Assembly (NCBI GenBank): GCA_040285825.1
Contig: JAUPSS010000004.1
Coordinates: forward strand, 248,001-312,000
Source of the DNA: Eukaryota sp. TZLM1-RC
Taxonomy: Eukaryota; Protista; Metamonada: BaSk clade
Length of the DNA: 64,000 nucleotides
Direction: 5' to 3'
A model generated the notes under the pieces. It was not told where the DNA came from. It saw nothing but the letters and a program-made list of their open reading frames with translations, and did not search any database. The position numbers and the translations under genes are program-made. Positions 11,283-24,153 of this stretch are shown piece after piece; position 1 is the stretch's first letter, and each line of letters starts with the position of its first letter.

Positions 11283-12385
11283 TGATGCCGTTAGGCAGAT
11301 GAACACACGAAGGAGAGAGAGAAATCTGTTGTTTATTAATAAAACTGATTCATAAATGAGTATCACGTCATCAGTCGAAATACAAAGAAACCTACTAATT
11401 CAATTTGAGTTCAACAACAACACTACTTTTTCCCACTTTTCTGAGGACAAATACAGTACTGGCTCAATAGAGGGAAGATATGGGGTTTGTTAAACTCTTT
11501 GGTGCATCGTTTGTGTGACACAAATAATTTACCTCATGTTTGATTTTAGATGGACAATCGCGGGAGATGTGTCCAGGCTTGTGGCACTTGAAGCACGATT
11601 GATTTTTTAAATCCTGAGAGCGCCAAGAGGACCTCGTTTTAGTGCCAGCCGTACGTTCCACATCATTCACTGAGGTTTTGAAACCACGAGTCCATGAAGC
11701 AACCCTAGAGCAGTCCAACAGCTCATCAGTAGTGGTTTCGACAAGAGAGTGAAGATCTGGGAATACATCATCTCGAATTCTCGCTAGTAGAGAACGTTGA
11801 AGACCTACGGGAAGAATTCCTCTGGCAAATCGATTCAGAAAAGCTGTGTCTGGTAACTTCAGTCCGGAAGCCCTACTCTTTACCTGGAGGAAACGTCGCA
11901 GGTAACAGGACATACGTTCTCGGACGTCACCAATACGGACATCAAGCTTCAGTTCTGACATAGCCAGACTAAAATCTTCGTACGTGGCGAACGATACGAC
12001 AGATTGAAGATGTCTAAGAAGAACATCGTCACTGGAAGAGACGTCGGATTTCTGGAGAGATAGGGACTCTAACAGAAAAGAATCGACCAAGAGTCTTGCT
12101 GGAACAAGCTCTTTCTTAGAAGTCACAGAAGAATAGATCTTCCACTCTTGTAGGAACAAGAGAACACTTTCAACTTTCATGGAAGAAAGAGACGGGAGGT
12201 TGACAGAAGGAACAGTCATCTGAAATAAGAAGGGCCAATAATTATTGATGCCGTTAGGCAGATGAACACACGAAGGAGAGAGAGAAATCTGTTGTTTATT
12301 AATAAAACTGATTCATAAATGAGTATCACGTCATCAGTCGAAATACAAAGAAACCTACTAATTCAATTTGAGTTCAACAACAACA
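11283..12385 (-). mobile_element. Gag-only miniature LTR retroelement, 1103 bp, identical 140-bp LTRs (11283-11422, 12246-12385), TSD GAAG
   Basis: LTRs identical, TG...CA; GAAG at 11279-11282 and 12386-12389; minus-strand PPT agaaaagtgggaaaaagtag next to the 3' LTR. Confidence 0.95.
11464..12219 (-). CDS. gag: Retrotransposon Gag with CCHC zinc knuckle
   Basis: 251-aa intact ORF, CFKCHKPGHISRDC; fills the space between the two LTRs. Confidence 0.92.
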   Translation of the reverse strand: MTVPSVNLPSLSSMKVESVLLFLQEWKIYSSVTSKKELVPARLLVDSFLLESLSLQKSDVSSSDDVLLRHLQSVVSFATYEDFSLAMSELKLDVRIGDVRERMSCYLRRFLQVKSRASGLKLPDTAFLNRFARGILPVGLQRSLLARIRDDVFPDLHSLVETTTDELLDCSRVASWTRGFKTSVNDVERTAGTKTRSSWRSQDLKNQSCFKCHKPGHISRDCPSKIKHEVNYLCHTNDAPKSLTNPISSLY

Positions 12386-12609
12386 GAAGCGTATCAACGA
12401 TTTAATAAGAAACCAAATAAAAGAAAACGTAGATCTATTAAATCCAACAACGCAGCTCGGGCTCTCCCCGTGCCTCAGCAAAAGCGTTATGCGCAAAGGA
12501 AGCAGAAGAACAGTTGTACATAATTTTAATTAAGAAAACGGGAAAAGGTAGTGTAGGTATCTCACTAGTGAGTACCTAAGTAAATAGAATAACATTAAAT
12601 AAACTTTAT

Positions 12610-14445
12610 TTATTTATTTATTATAAAAAAGTAACAAAACATAACAAAACAAACTAAAACACATAAGAAACAAAATTCTCCACGCCAACTCTTGATGAAT
12701 CCTTATACAGCTTGGACATCATTAAACTCAAGTACTTGGGAACACTTCTGTACAAAGCGAAAATGATACGATTCTTCCATAAATTCCCTGCAAAATTCTT
12801 ACCACTTGAACGACACTAAATAAAACATCATCACGATAAATAAAAGCAAAGGGATCAACTGTAGTAAAATCAACAACAACTTGGGAGGAATCCACAAAAG
12901 GAGCAATTAAATCACCTCGACGTGAATTAAACAGATTATTATTGCTATAATGCTTCAACAACGGCTACTTTGCAACTAAAATTGTAACACTTGAACATCT
13001 CATATGTCACATCACGAACAGCATTATGAAGAACTGACCGATATTGAAGGAATTTCTTACAACTAACAATATGACGGAAATTGGCAGTAGGTTTTTCGTT
13101 ACAGATCCAAACAGAATTATCCAAAAGACCACTTGGATACAGCCCCAATCTCAACCGAATGTTTTGTTTCCAAGCTTCATTTGTTAAGTGAAGACCAAAT
13201 GGCCTTGGTTGCTGAGATATTAAACTAGTGCAGTTCTGGATGTCTGATAAAAAGGCAGCAAAGACGTTAAATAAAATTATCTTTATCTTAACCCGCCTTA
13301 CACATAACATAACATAACAATAACATAACATTATATAATAACAGAATAAAATTAATTAATTTTGAATTTGGAACATTTTACATCCCAGTAATTGTGACAA
13401 AACTTTTGCACGTAACTCATTAAACTTCTGGGCCAAAGGCCTAGTGATAAGAGGATTTGTAGATCGAAATATATGATTAAGGTTGAAACTGAAACACAGT
13501 CTTGAAATTGTAAATTTGATGTGTTTTTTTATATCTAAATTCATCATTCGGTCAATTTTGTCAGAAATTGAGTTCAACTTTTCAAACAATTTTTTGGTAA
13601 TTTCATCATTATTTCCTAAAAACGAACCCAAATGACGAATAGCATCAATTGAATATAATTTGGCTTGAATTTCAATACCATCAACTATTGTGGAAACTGG
13701 AGAATTCGATAACAAAACACATTTAAGTAAATTAAGTCGGAGACCAATTTTGGTAAATAATTCTTTAAAACATACAGTTGCTTTTTTCACAAAATTTAAA
13801 TCACCTGTAAGAACAACATCATCCACATATGCAATCACTTTCAGTGAAGGAAACATCCCTTGAATTTGTAATGAAATAGGATGAATGGATAAACAAAACA
13901 AAAGAGGTCCTAACGGATCTCCTTGTTTTACACCACTTGATGAACTCAAAATGGAATTACCAAAATGTAAATTAGAACTTGTGCTATATGTTGATTGGAA
14001 ATACGGCATTAGTTCCGGCATATATTGCAACAAAGCACCATGAATACTGCAACCACTGAGTGAATTGAATGCATTGCTAAAATCCAATGACATACAAACA
14101 TTGGATTCATTTTGGCGAAGTAATACATCTGTAGGAAATATCGCTGAAGAAACTCCATCAGTGGTATTATTTTCATATTGAAAGGGCAATAAATTTTTTT
14201 TTGCTTTCTCATTGAACCTGCTTAAGAAACACGCAGAATAAATATTTTGTAAGCTCTCAGAAACTGCAATAGGACGAACATCCATTTTTAAATTCTTGAC
14301 AAGTGCAGTCAAACGAGAACTTCTTAATTCTTCTGGGTATTTGAGTTGACCAGTCACTATTCTATTGAAAAATTCAATTAATAGAACAAGACAATCCTCT
14401 GATGAAATAATTGCGGCTTTTATATGATCAATAGAAATACCTATC
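12610..14445 (-). mobile_element. Decayed CRE-like non-LTR element (RT + partial RLE)
   Basis: RPIAVSE, LDFSNAFNS, GVKQGDPLGPLLFC, AYVDD, GLRLNLLKC; HIVSC...HNAVRD; RRGDL...VDFT; internal (AACAT)n tract at ~13300-13340; ends approximate. Confidence 0.9.
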
Positions 14446-15031
14446 CAACTAAAAACATAAAAATGATAATGCGTCTTATTTCATTAATGGCGCAGTATGA
14501 TAGATTTACCACAGTGATTGTTTTCAATGTCTAGAATTGTCTCGAAGAATCTGTCAGAGGGTTTTGATTCTGCGTTTAGATGATTTCTTCATGATTTCCG
14601 AGCTACATATACTATTATAAAGCTCATCTTCATAAATTCCAGTCAATAGCTTTAAATGCAATGGTTCTGGCCTAGCACCAGTAAAATACATGCTGATTAC
14701 AATCTCCAATCAATTTCTGAAGGCTGAGGTGTCCCTATACCAGTTGGTCTGACATCAAGGGCAATCAAATTTAGTGTCATTTACTCTTCCATCATCATCA
14801 TGGCATAACTGTATAAATAAAATTTTTTGCAGCAATTCACTGTTGCTGAAGTCATCATTGTATTAGAGATATATGGTTTATCGGTAAAAATTTGAAACTA
14901 TTAAATTTTGTGACACTATTACAAAATTCATGATTTGTCATGACGTCCTGACGTAATCTTCAGCTATGGTTTTAATAAAACTAGTCAGTCTCTTTCATTT
15001 TCGCATGAAAAATCAAACTGATTACCTCTAA

Positions 15032-15653
15032 GTTGTTTTTCTTGTACCACACTGTAGGTTACCACACACATTATCTACAGCATTTTCTTCACAAAATATT
15101 TCTAGTGATCACCGCGATCTAGAAACAAGGATATGCATCCTTTTAAAACGTTATGAAAATCATAATTTCAAGAGACCCAACTTGACTCAAATTCCGCTTA
15201 GATTGGCCGAGGTTATGTTTTTCTGGATTTCTGGAACAACATGAACAGCAAAGAATCACCATTTGAAAGAGTGGTATTGATGACGTTGGGCAAAAATTCC
15301 AAACAAGCATAGAGAGAAAAAGAGCTTTTATTAGTGAAGATACCCGTTCTTTAATGAGTGCCACATCATCACGGGGAATCCGCAGATATCTACTTACCCT
15401 ATTTATCAGCAACTATTACGGTATAGTTAAAGAAATAAATTCATTAAAACCGATAAGGGTTGTTCAGCAGGTCACTGATATTTTTACTCTGTCAAATAGA
15501 GTTCTGCCTGTTTATTCAATCTCAAAAAGCATGGAGCCAACTAAACAAAAGGAAGGGAGTGTCTTTTAATAACCTCAGGACAGTTATCTTTTAGAAAGGA
15601 CAAGATATGTTGTGCTGATTGACAGTTTGTGGCTACAGATTGTTTATTGATAG
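15032..15653 (-). mobile_element. Second LTR+PBS copy, inverted relative to 10107-10729, with the same nested solo LTR (15278-15420, TSD GTAT)
   Basis: Reverse-complement match over ~620 bp; TGTAGG at 15053. Confidence 0.8.
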
Positions 15654-15899
15654 AAAATTGTTGTATTGTGGACAAAAACAGTGCTTTTCTCCTCAGGGGG
15701 ACTACACTTTCCAAAGGAAATGCTATTCTTTTCGAAGAAAAAATTACAATCTTTTGTAGGAGGACTCTCCTGGTGAGGGGATTGTTATTGTCCTGGCCGA
15801 CTGAGCCATTAATTAATGGTGCTTTAAGTTACAGTCACTGAATAGAGATAAGATTATTTACTAAATTCACCGGTCCTTATAAGGGCCATCAGAAGTGAA

Positions 15900-18800
15900 A
15901 ATATCTATAATAAATGTACTAGCCTAATTACCTGTGAAGAATGCTCCTCTTGCGAACAGTAACATAGGCGACCACACCTATGACCCAGATAACAATTTCC
16001 TCTAAGTTACCTCTTGGTGTGGGAAACCAACGGCTTCCTTCTGAAATGATGAAGGAGATAGAGAGGATATCCTCCTCCCTACCCGCCCGAAAAAGCTCAT
16101 GAGGACTCATATTCTGTGACTGTTACCTCCATTCAGACGGAACATCTAACCCAAATGATGGGACTGGAGATGGGGATAAAGATGAACCCCCTACTGACCC
16201 TTCTGAGAATCAATTGACAGACACAGAATACCGCACTTCTCAAAAATGATATCGTAAAGAATTGAAGAAACGAGACGCCCATACGGTTGCAGATTTCTTC
16301 CAGTCCATTATTGCTAGCCCACCTGATGATATCAGAGATTGGAGCAATAATGAGTGTGTGGGTGCCATTGAGAATGAATCAGGTAATATTGTAAATCCTT
16401 CTTGTAAATGGACAACAAAATCAACAACAAAATCAATATATCGACCTTTTGGCACGATTAGATCAATGTTCCGAGAGCTCTGCTAGTTCTGTAGCTGAAG
16501 ATCCAAAAAATTGTTACTTTGACGCACCGGGTACAATGAATCAGGCAGCTACTACTAAACCTACATTTTGGCACAAGGATACCATTTCTGAAAAACGACT
16601 CTGCATGGGAAACAACTTTTTATTCGGAAGTGATCAGTTTAAAGACAGGTTTTTTTGATTGCCAACTTGTTCACCATCACAACAATCATTTACTCAGAGC
16701 AACAATAAGGCACTTCCTGGTAGAAAATGTGATAGGAAATGATCCAGAAGACAGAATGAATGATGTTCTGTTGGTGTTGAGAGGTCGATTCGTTGCGGAC
16801 AGAGGTGATACTATCCAAATTCATCACAAGGAAACCTTTGTAAGAACAAAATGAAGCAAAATCAATGAACTGAGAAAACAACGAGTCGAACCCAACAAGA
16901 TCAAATTGATGTATCCCAACGCATGGATTGCGAAACTCAAGGCATGGATATATAGTTACCCTGACCAAAGAGTTCTCGACAATGCGTTGATCAAGGGTAG
17001 TTGTCTACCATATAAACACAATGCGGAAGACAATTTTTAAAGGTCTCAGAGTGTCCCTGATTGGGCCGAATTCAAACCTAAGACCCCGAAACCTGCAGAA
17101 CGAGATAAAACTCTAAAATATAAACACCTCCTAGACTTGAATGAAATCCTACCTTTGGAAGAAGTAAATAATCTGTTTGTAACTCCTGTAGTGTAGTTTC
17201 CAGGAAGAAGTTTGTCATCTGTTCCGTTTTCTGGACAAAGAACATCAATTTCGTCAACTGTACTGGTAGCTACAGGCAGCTCATAAGCACCTACAGCACC
17301 GAGAAATCTTCTTGTCTTTTCCACATGCTTATATGATAAACCTGTAACCGATGAGGAGAAACTAATCAAAACCATCAAGAAAAGGAAAAAACAATTAAAT
17401 AAACTGGATGACGGATTCGAGAGTAAGAAATTTTGGACTTTAAAGTCAATTTCGCAATTTAGGCAAAGACTGAAAGGAACCGTGATGGACCTATTAGACC
17501 CTTTCAAGTGTTCACTTAAACAACAAACCTTTGTTCAGAGGACCTAGCCAGTCAAGAGGTTCCTCAAGAATGCACCCTAGAGGATCGAAGGGTAGTGTCA
17601 AACATAAACATCAACCCAAGCAATTTCCTCCTGGGCAATGGTGTGAAATCTGTAATACGGATAGACACGTTGAAGACAAATGTTTCTCAGTGGTAAATAG
17701 ACTTGTCAACAAAAGACGAAGAGGTGGTCCAGGTGACAAACGAAGAATGTTAAGTAGGGGTAATTTATCAGATAAATTTCATCTTTAAACCTTCCACATA
17801 ATTCGACCAATATCATTTACAAAATGAGAAAAGTTTGCATCTAAATCCGTTAAAAAGATTTAAAGAGTCGTCCAAACCTGTGGGTTCTATCCACAGTGTT
17901 AGACTATCCAGGTTGACAGGAGAACAAGCAAGTTCTAACGGGGAACTTTGGTTTGACTGTTCAATAAACAACGTGGCTGTACAGGGCAAAGTCGATAATG
18001 GAGCTGCATTCTCAGCATTATCGAAGGACTTAGCTCTAAAATGTAATATTACGGTGAATGACAATAAATGGTAAATGATATTCGCTTCACGACCCTAGGA
18101 TTTGCAAATGGTGTTTTGGCTCTCAATGTCGGTAGCTTGGCCACTCAAGTGTTTTTAAGGATCGAATTGCACATCATTTGTGGTAACAACAGTTTTATGA
18201 TCGGAAGAGACTTATTACAAATTCTTTGGCTACGCACGGAGCATGCTTTCAATATTAGTTTGAGATCGCGAACATAGCACCATCTCAAATGCTGAATGTG
18301 AGCTTGATATTAGAATTTGCCAACCAATTAGATTCATAGATCAATTGAGTAATAAATCAGACTTAGGTAAATATTTTGGGCACTCCACATCCAGACATTA
18401 TTTGGATGCAGAATATGTCTGGACGACATTGGGGACGAGGAAAGCCAAGTTGTGCTACTCGAAAAATAGAGAGATGAAATTGGTGGGCTACCTCACCGGG
18501 ATGGAATTGATTGTCAGCCGATGACCATTTTATGAAAAAAGTACGGTCGTCAAAAGGAAATAATATTAAAAATTCCAGGTATTATTTTCGTAAACAAAAC
18601 CCGTTATATGGATGAACGCAGGATTGAGACACTCTTTAACCTACCAAAACCTAGGACATTACCTAAAGTCAGTAGTTTCTTAGGTTCGATCAATTATATA
18701 TGTGACTGGTTGCCAAATTTGTCTGATTTGATAGAACCAATCAACAAATTAACCAAAAACAAACCGTCAAAAATCAAGTGTACTTCTGATCATGACCAGG

Positions 18801-20130
18801 CCTTTGTTAAGATTATAAATCTTATTAAAGCAATATCCCCTTGAGAATTGCCCTCAGAAGACAAGCATATTTTAATAAGTGCTGACGCGTCTGACGTGGT
18901 TGTAGGTGGAGTAATATGGCAAAAAGCTAAACCACCTGAAGATCCTGCAACACCGCTAATTAGGAGAAAGGTTGTAAATATTGCCTTTTTTAGCAGATTA
19001 TTATCAACTTCACAAAAGAATTGGTCTGTACTTCAGAAAGAGTTGTATGCAATTTTACTAATTCTCACTGACAGTAGTTATTATTTAATTTCGAGGAAAT
19101 TCACTATATTCACTGGTCACAGAAATTTAGCATACCTTATATCAGCTCCTGAAAAGAACAGAATTGTGATTTAATTTAATTGACACTTGGATCACCAAGA
19201 TTAGGCAAGAACAACTCATAGACGTTGATTCTAAACCTGACTATTATAAAGATTACAATTATAATTCAGATATTCAATTGTATACAAAAAATCGTGGGAA
19301 GATTGTTATCCCAGATAGTTTAAAGAAGCAGACTTTAACTATCATTCATGGACATGCAAATGTTGGCCATCCTAGTTCGACGACTAGCGTAAAGAAATTA
19401 CTCAATAGTGATTACTTTTGGCCCGACATGCGCAAAGAAATGATTAATCATATTAAGAGATGTCCAGCATGTCAAAAGACGGCACATGTGCCTAAAAGTG
19501 TCATTGAATCATCTGGCTCTCTTTGGGCTGATCGACCTTTTGCACGATTAAACGCCGACACTTTTGGACCATTACAACAAGATGATAATGGATTCAAATA
19601 TTTAATAGTTTTTGTAGATTCGTTCACTAGGAATACGATCATTTGCCCTGCAAAGGAATTGAATGCAGTGGAGGCAACCAATCACCTCCTATGGAGTGTA
19701 GTATCAATTTTTGGTATCCCACTGTTGATTCATAGTGACAATGGTATTGAATTTGCAAATGCCATATTCAAAGGGTTATGCGATTTATTAAACATTGAAG
19801 TAAGTCGTTCACTAACTAGCTTTTCACAAAGCAATGGTTTAGTAGAAAGACGACACAGAGACATTTTACAAAGTCTAAGAAAGATTTTGGTGGACTCTGG
19901 CGATTATAGCAATTGGAGTGAATATATCCCAATTGTACAACTTCAAATCAATTCAACTATTAGTAGAGTTACTGGTCATTCGCCCTACAATTTAATGTTT
20001 GATAGCGACCACAACCCTAGAGCTGATCCTAGTAACATGTTTGAGCTAATAAAATCAGTCAATATTAATATTCCCTTTGTTGAAGATCTTGAAGCAAAAC
20101 TGGAAAGGATTTCAAAGAAGAGAGAGGTTC
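15900..20130 (+). mobile_element. Degraded Ty3/Gypsy gag-pol (gag knuckle, aspartic protease, partial RT, RNase H, integrase)
   Basis: CEICNTDRHVEDKC; VDNGAAFS; SFLGSINY; ADASD...ELYAI...FTGHRNL; integrase H..H..CPAC, ADT/SDNG/VER; order PR-RT-RH-IN; many frameshifts; 5' limit approximate. Confidence 0.9.
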
Positions 20131-20198
20131 TACATTATGTATGTACGTACTCTGTATGTACGGTTCTATTCTTCTTGACCACAATTGACTACATTTGA
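19278..20198 (+). pseudogene. Ty3/Gypsy integrase, C-terminally truncated
   Basis: HHCC zinc domain and DDE core intact in a 306-aa ORF; tail runs into unrelated sequence at ~20130. Confidence 0.9.
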
Positions 20199-20620
20199 AT
20201 GTTGTTCTGCATTTTGAAAGGAGGTGGATGATAGTGGATGTTCCACTATGGGCTCAATGAACTGGTTTTGACTGAATTAAGACCTGATCTAATCCTAATG
20301 TCAAAAAACACCGATGAATCAAGAAGGAAGACAGTCCTGATTTGTGAGTTAGCATCACCGATGGAACAATATTCAGATAGTAGACGTACATTAAAAAGTA
20401 CGAAATATCACAGTCTAATATTTCTATCGTTGGTTGAATCATTTCCTTTTGAAGTTTCAACAAGAGGAATAGTTGCTAGTAGCTGCATTTCATTGATGAA
20501 AAGATTACTGGTTGTTAATGGTTGTTAACCTGTTGATTTCTTAATACTTTCCTCCACTTCAACTTTGCGGCTACATACCGCAGATATGATGGTTGCCATA
20601 TAGTATTGATGGGATACCCA
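20130..20620 (+). mobile_element. RLE endonuclease fragment of a different non-LTR clade (HERO/NeSL/R2-like)
   Basis: TELRPDLILMS...ICELASPME...KSTKYHSL...FPFEVSTRG. Confidence 0.7.
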
Positions 20621-20870
20621 GAGGAGATAATAGTGCATGGTGGATTTGAAAATTTTTGTATTTGTAATAAACAGTTCTGGTCTGTTTGGTTTTTGATTCC
20701 ACCTTTGATTCCACCAGTAGTCACACGGTACATATATATTCTTTGGCACCAGTTTTTATTTTAGAGAGATACCAAGCTGTGTGTTGTACGTAGAAAAATT
20801 TATTAGTTTAAGTAAATGTAATGTGAAGTGATGTGACGGTGGAGGGATGGTTATGTAAGATAAGCAGCCT

Positions 20871-23800
20871 AATAAGACTGTTCGAAAACTTTTATTACGT
20901 GGGAGATATGGTTCTGGTAAAAATGCTCTTTTCTCTTCTGATCTTGCTCCTGTGACTGATGAAACTGTAAATCAATTGGTTGATCTGCATCCAGCTGAAT
21001 TTCTTAATTTGGATAAACCATCTGCTTCACAATTTTGGAAACAAAATCCACTTTCTGAAAAAGGAGTCGAAACTGCCATTTTTCGTCTTCCATCTGGAAA
21101 AGCTCCAGGCCCATCTGGAATAACTTTTGATATGCTGAAATCCGTGTGCCGCCAAAATTCCTTCATTATTAAAGATTTATGTTCCTTTTTTCAAGATGTT
21201 TTGACAATGAAAATTGTTCCATTCAAAGAATTAAGTGCATCACGTTTAGTGGCTTTAACTAAACCTAATGGAAAAGTTCGCCCAATTGCGATTGGTGAAG
21301 CCATTTATCGACTGATGTCTTCAGTAATTTTTAACAGAGTTTCAACAAAAGCTAAAGAATACTTTTCTCCATTACAATATGGAACTATACGCAATGTGCA
21401 AAAGTCATCACATCGAAGCTTTTGTTGAACCACTTGTGCGAAGGTTGTCATCTGAAAATGAAGATGAAAATACTTTTGGGAAACGCCGTGCTGATTTAAT
21501 TACCCCTGCGTCTGATGGTGTTATTAAAGTTGTTGATGTTGTTACTGTTGATGTTTGTAAAGACTCAGCAATTGATTTTGCTAGAAGAGACGAAACTCCA
21601 CTTTGCTTTGCTGAAAAGAGCAAAATCAAAAAGTACAATGAACCCTTATCGCAGCTAGGACGTATTGAGCATGTCAAGTATCAGTTGGTTCCATTTGCTG
21701 TTTCTCTTTTTGGTAACATTGGAATATCTGGCATTAAATTTCTTGAAGGTTTCAGAAGTTTAATAAACGAAAGAGCAGGAAAAGAATTGAACTTCAATTT
21801 CTGGCACAATAGAATTGTTTTTAGTATTCTTAAAGCAATTCCAGAAATGTTGACCAAAGCACTGTTACAATTAGGAATAGAGTATGAAAATCGCGCGCTT
21901 AAAAGATTTGATGATGTTGATGCGTGTATTGAGGATATTGAGTTCTAGTTCTTTGTTTAATGTTTTGTTAGCGTTGAAAATAAAATTGAGTACTGTAAAA
22001 AAATATGGAATCAAAACCATAGATGGAGCTTCAGTTGCGGCTTTGACATCTGATTTATTCTTCAATTGTCACGAAAATAGTTGCATTTTTAATCTTGATT
22101 TCAAAAATGCTTTCAATTCAGTGAAAAGAGATTCAATTTGGAAAGAAATCAAATCAAATTTTCCTGAACTCGAAACCTTTTTATATAGGTTTTATGTTGA
22201 TTCATCTGATTTAATTTTTAATTCCTTTAATCTTGATTCTTTATCAGGAGTTAAACAAGGAGACCCTTTAGGTCCTTTCTTTTTTTGTCTTGCGATACAC
22301 CCTAATTTGAAAAAATTAAAAGAAGATAATTTTGAACTTCAAGTGGTAGCCTATATGGATGACATTTCTTGTATTGGTCCAGAAAGTACAATTAATAGAG
22401 TTGCTGATGAAGCTGCTACATTATACCAATCCATAGGTCTTGAGTTGAATGTTCAAAAATGTTTTTGTATTTCTAGGAAAAATGTTAAGTTAATAATTAA
22501 TTCCCTCGAAGTTCCATATATTGATTATACTTCAGCTAGTTTCTGCTTTCTTGGTTGCTATTTAGGTTCTGCCGAAAAGACACTTGATAGCCTTGAAAAC
22601 TATTTAAATTCAATTAAAAAAGAGCTAGAAGTCATAAAGACCCTTGAATTGGAAAAACATCTTAAGTTTTTTCTTTTGGGAATTTGTTATGCTGGAAAAA
22701 TTACTCATTAACTTAGATCATTACCTCCATCCCTAACTTACAATTTTTGTAGACAATTTAACAAAATACGTACAGAATTTTTGGCTTATTTAATGTCTGT
22801 TGATCCATCAATTTTGAAAAATCATATTTTTTCTGATGTTCAACTTAGCGGTGTTGGATTCAATTCATCAAAGTATTTGACCAAAGCTGCATTTATTGGT
22901 GGTGGAAAAAATTTTGTATTTGAATTCTCTAGAAGATATCCTTTTGCTGAAAATCTTCTTGAAACTACAAATAGCCTATACCTCGATAACTTAAGAGAAG
23001 AAGTATCCAGTTTATCTCCCGACTTATGGCGATCATGTTTCCCCATATAAATTCAAGAAATTCCAGACAGAAGTTTGTATTCATTAAAATTTGCGTTGAA
23101 AAAGCTCCAACGACATCTTTTGAAAAAATTTGAAAGCAAGGATTTTATTGTTCGACTTAGCACGGCTAAGAAAGAAAATCCTGCTTTTGCAAATTTTTTG
23201 ATTGATTTGAAGAACAGTTCATCCGCAGTTTTGATAAATCAAATTCCCCAGATTTATGGCCTATTTTTAAATGACCGCCAATGGACCACTGCCATGAGAA
23301 TGCGTTGTTATTTATGGCCTTGTAATTTGCCCAATTATTTGTTTTGCAAATGTGGAGCTGGTTTGACATTATCACATTTATTCAATTGTGATAGATTTAT
23401 TTCCTATCGTTTTACGTTGCATGATGCAGTCAGAGATCAAATCCATGCAATGTGTAATTCCTATCATATTGAATCTTTTGTAGAACCATTGTTGAGGTCT
23501 CTTGATATAAATGAAAACGTGAGAGATTCAGAATATGGAAAACGACGTGCTGATGTTGTTGTGCCCTCGTTTGATGATGTCTTGAATGTTGTTGATGTTG
23601 TAACAGTGGATGTTTGCAAGAAAAATGCCTTGAGAAATGCACAAACCGAAGTATCTCCCCTTGATGACTCTGAATTGTAGAAACGAAAAAAATATGCAAA
23701 TCCTTTAAAAGAATTGAAACATGTTCGCCATGTAGATTACCAAATTTGCCCATTTGCTATATCGTTATATGGTCGTCTTGGAAAAACTGCTATTAATTTT

Positions 23801-24047
23801 ATTGATGATTTTGAAAACCTTGTAAAAAGAAGAATGAATAAGCGTTTTGATCGTCGCTTGTGGCTGAATCGTATTGTTTTTACTATTTTCAAATCAATTC
23901 CTAAACTGATTCCGAAAGCTTTGATGTCTGTCAGTGCACATTACGAAGACATTGCTGCTGTGAGGTTTGAAGGTGTGGAAGCTTGTTTTGAAGATATTGA
24001 CTTTTAGACTGTGGTTTGGAAAATAAATTAAAAAGATGTATTAAAAA
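20871..24047 (+). mobile_element. 5'-truncated CRE-like non-LTR element, poly(A) tail, TSD AAGCAGCCT
   Basis: KAPGPSG, RPIAIGE, LDFKNAFNSV, GVKQGDPLGP, AYMDD, CKC..HLFNC..HDAVRD, RRAD; AAGCAGCCT at 20862-20870 and 24048-24056; several stops. Confidence 0.93.
21385..22001 (+). mobile_element. Nested short CRE-like 3' fragment (RLE), poly(A), TSD AATATGGAA
   Basis: TSD at 21376-21384 and 22002-22010; excision restores PLQYGIKTIDG; same subfamily as ~50935-51546. Confidence 0.92.
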
Positions 24048-24153
24048 AAGCAGCCTGTGTAAATAATCTGCTCCTGAATTGCATCACCCTATTTTCAAGC
24101 AATTGTTTTTATTCGACTATACGGAGTCAGAAAACCAATCAATCTAATCGATC

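Larger units (their letters stand above)
10730..12610 (+). mobile_element. Internally deleted chromovirus-like element: integrase C-terminus/GPF-like region, chromodomain, PPT (12532-12551), start of 3' LTR (12552)
   Basis: ELMFGSS..., LQGSWLGLYLV, HVIEEILDK...VRWFGGDTTEKPLHSIRYSE continues after the nested insertion as AYQRFNKK; PPT aagaaaacgggaaaaggtag then TGTAGG. Confidence 0.8.

Noticed and set aside
10107-15653. Terminal inverted repeats of a large DNA transposon
   Set aside because: Inner ends look like LTR end plus PBS; no transposase or outer TSD seen
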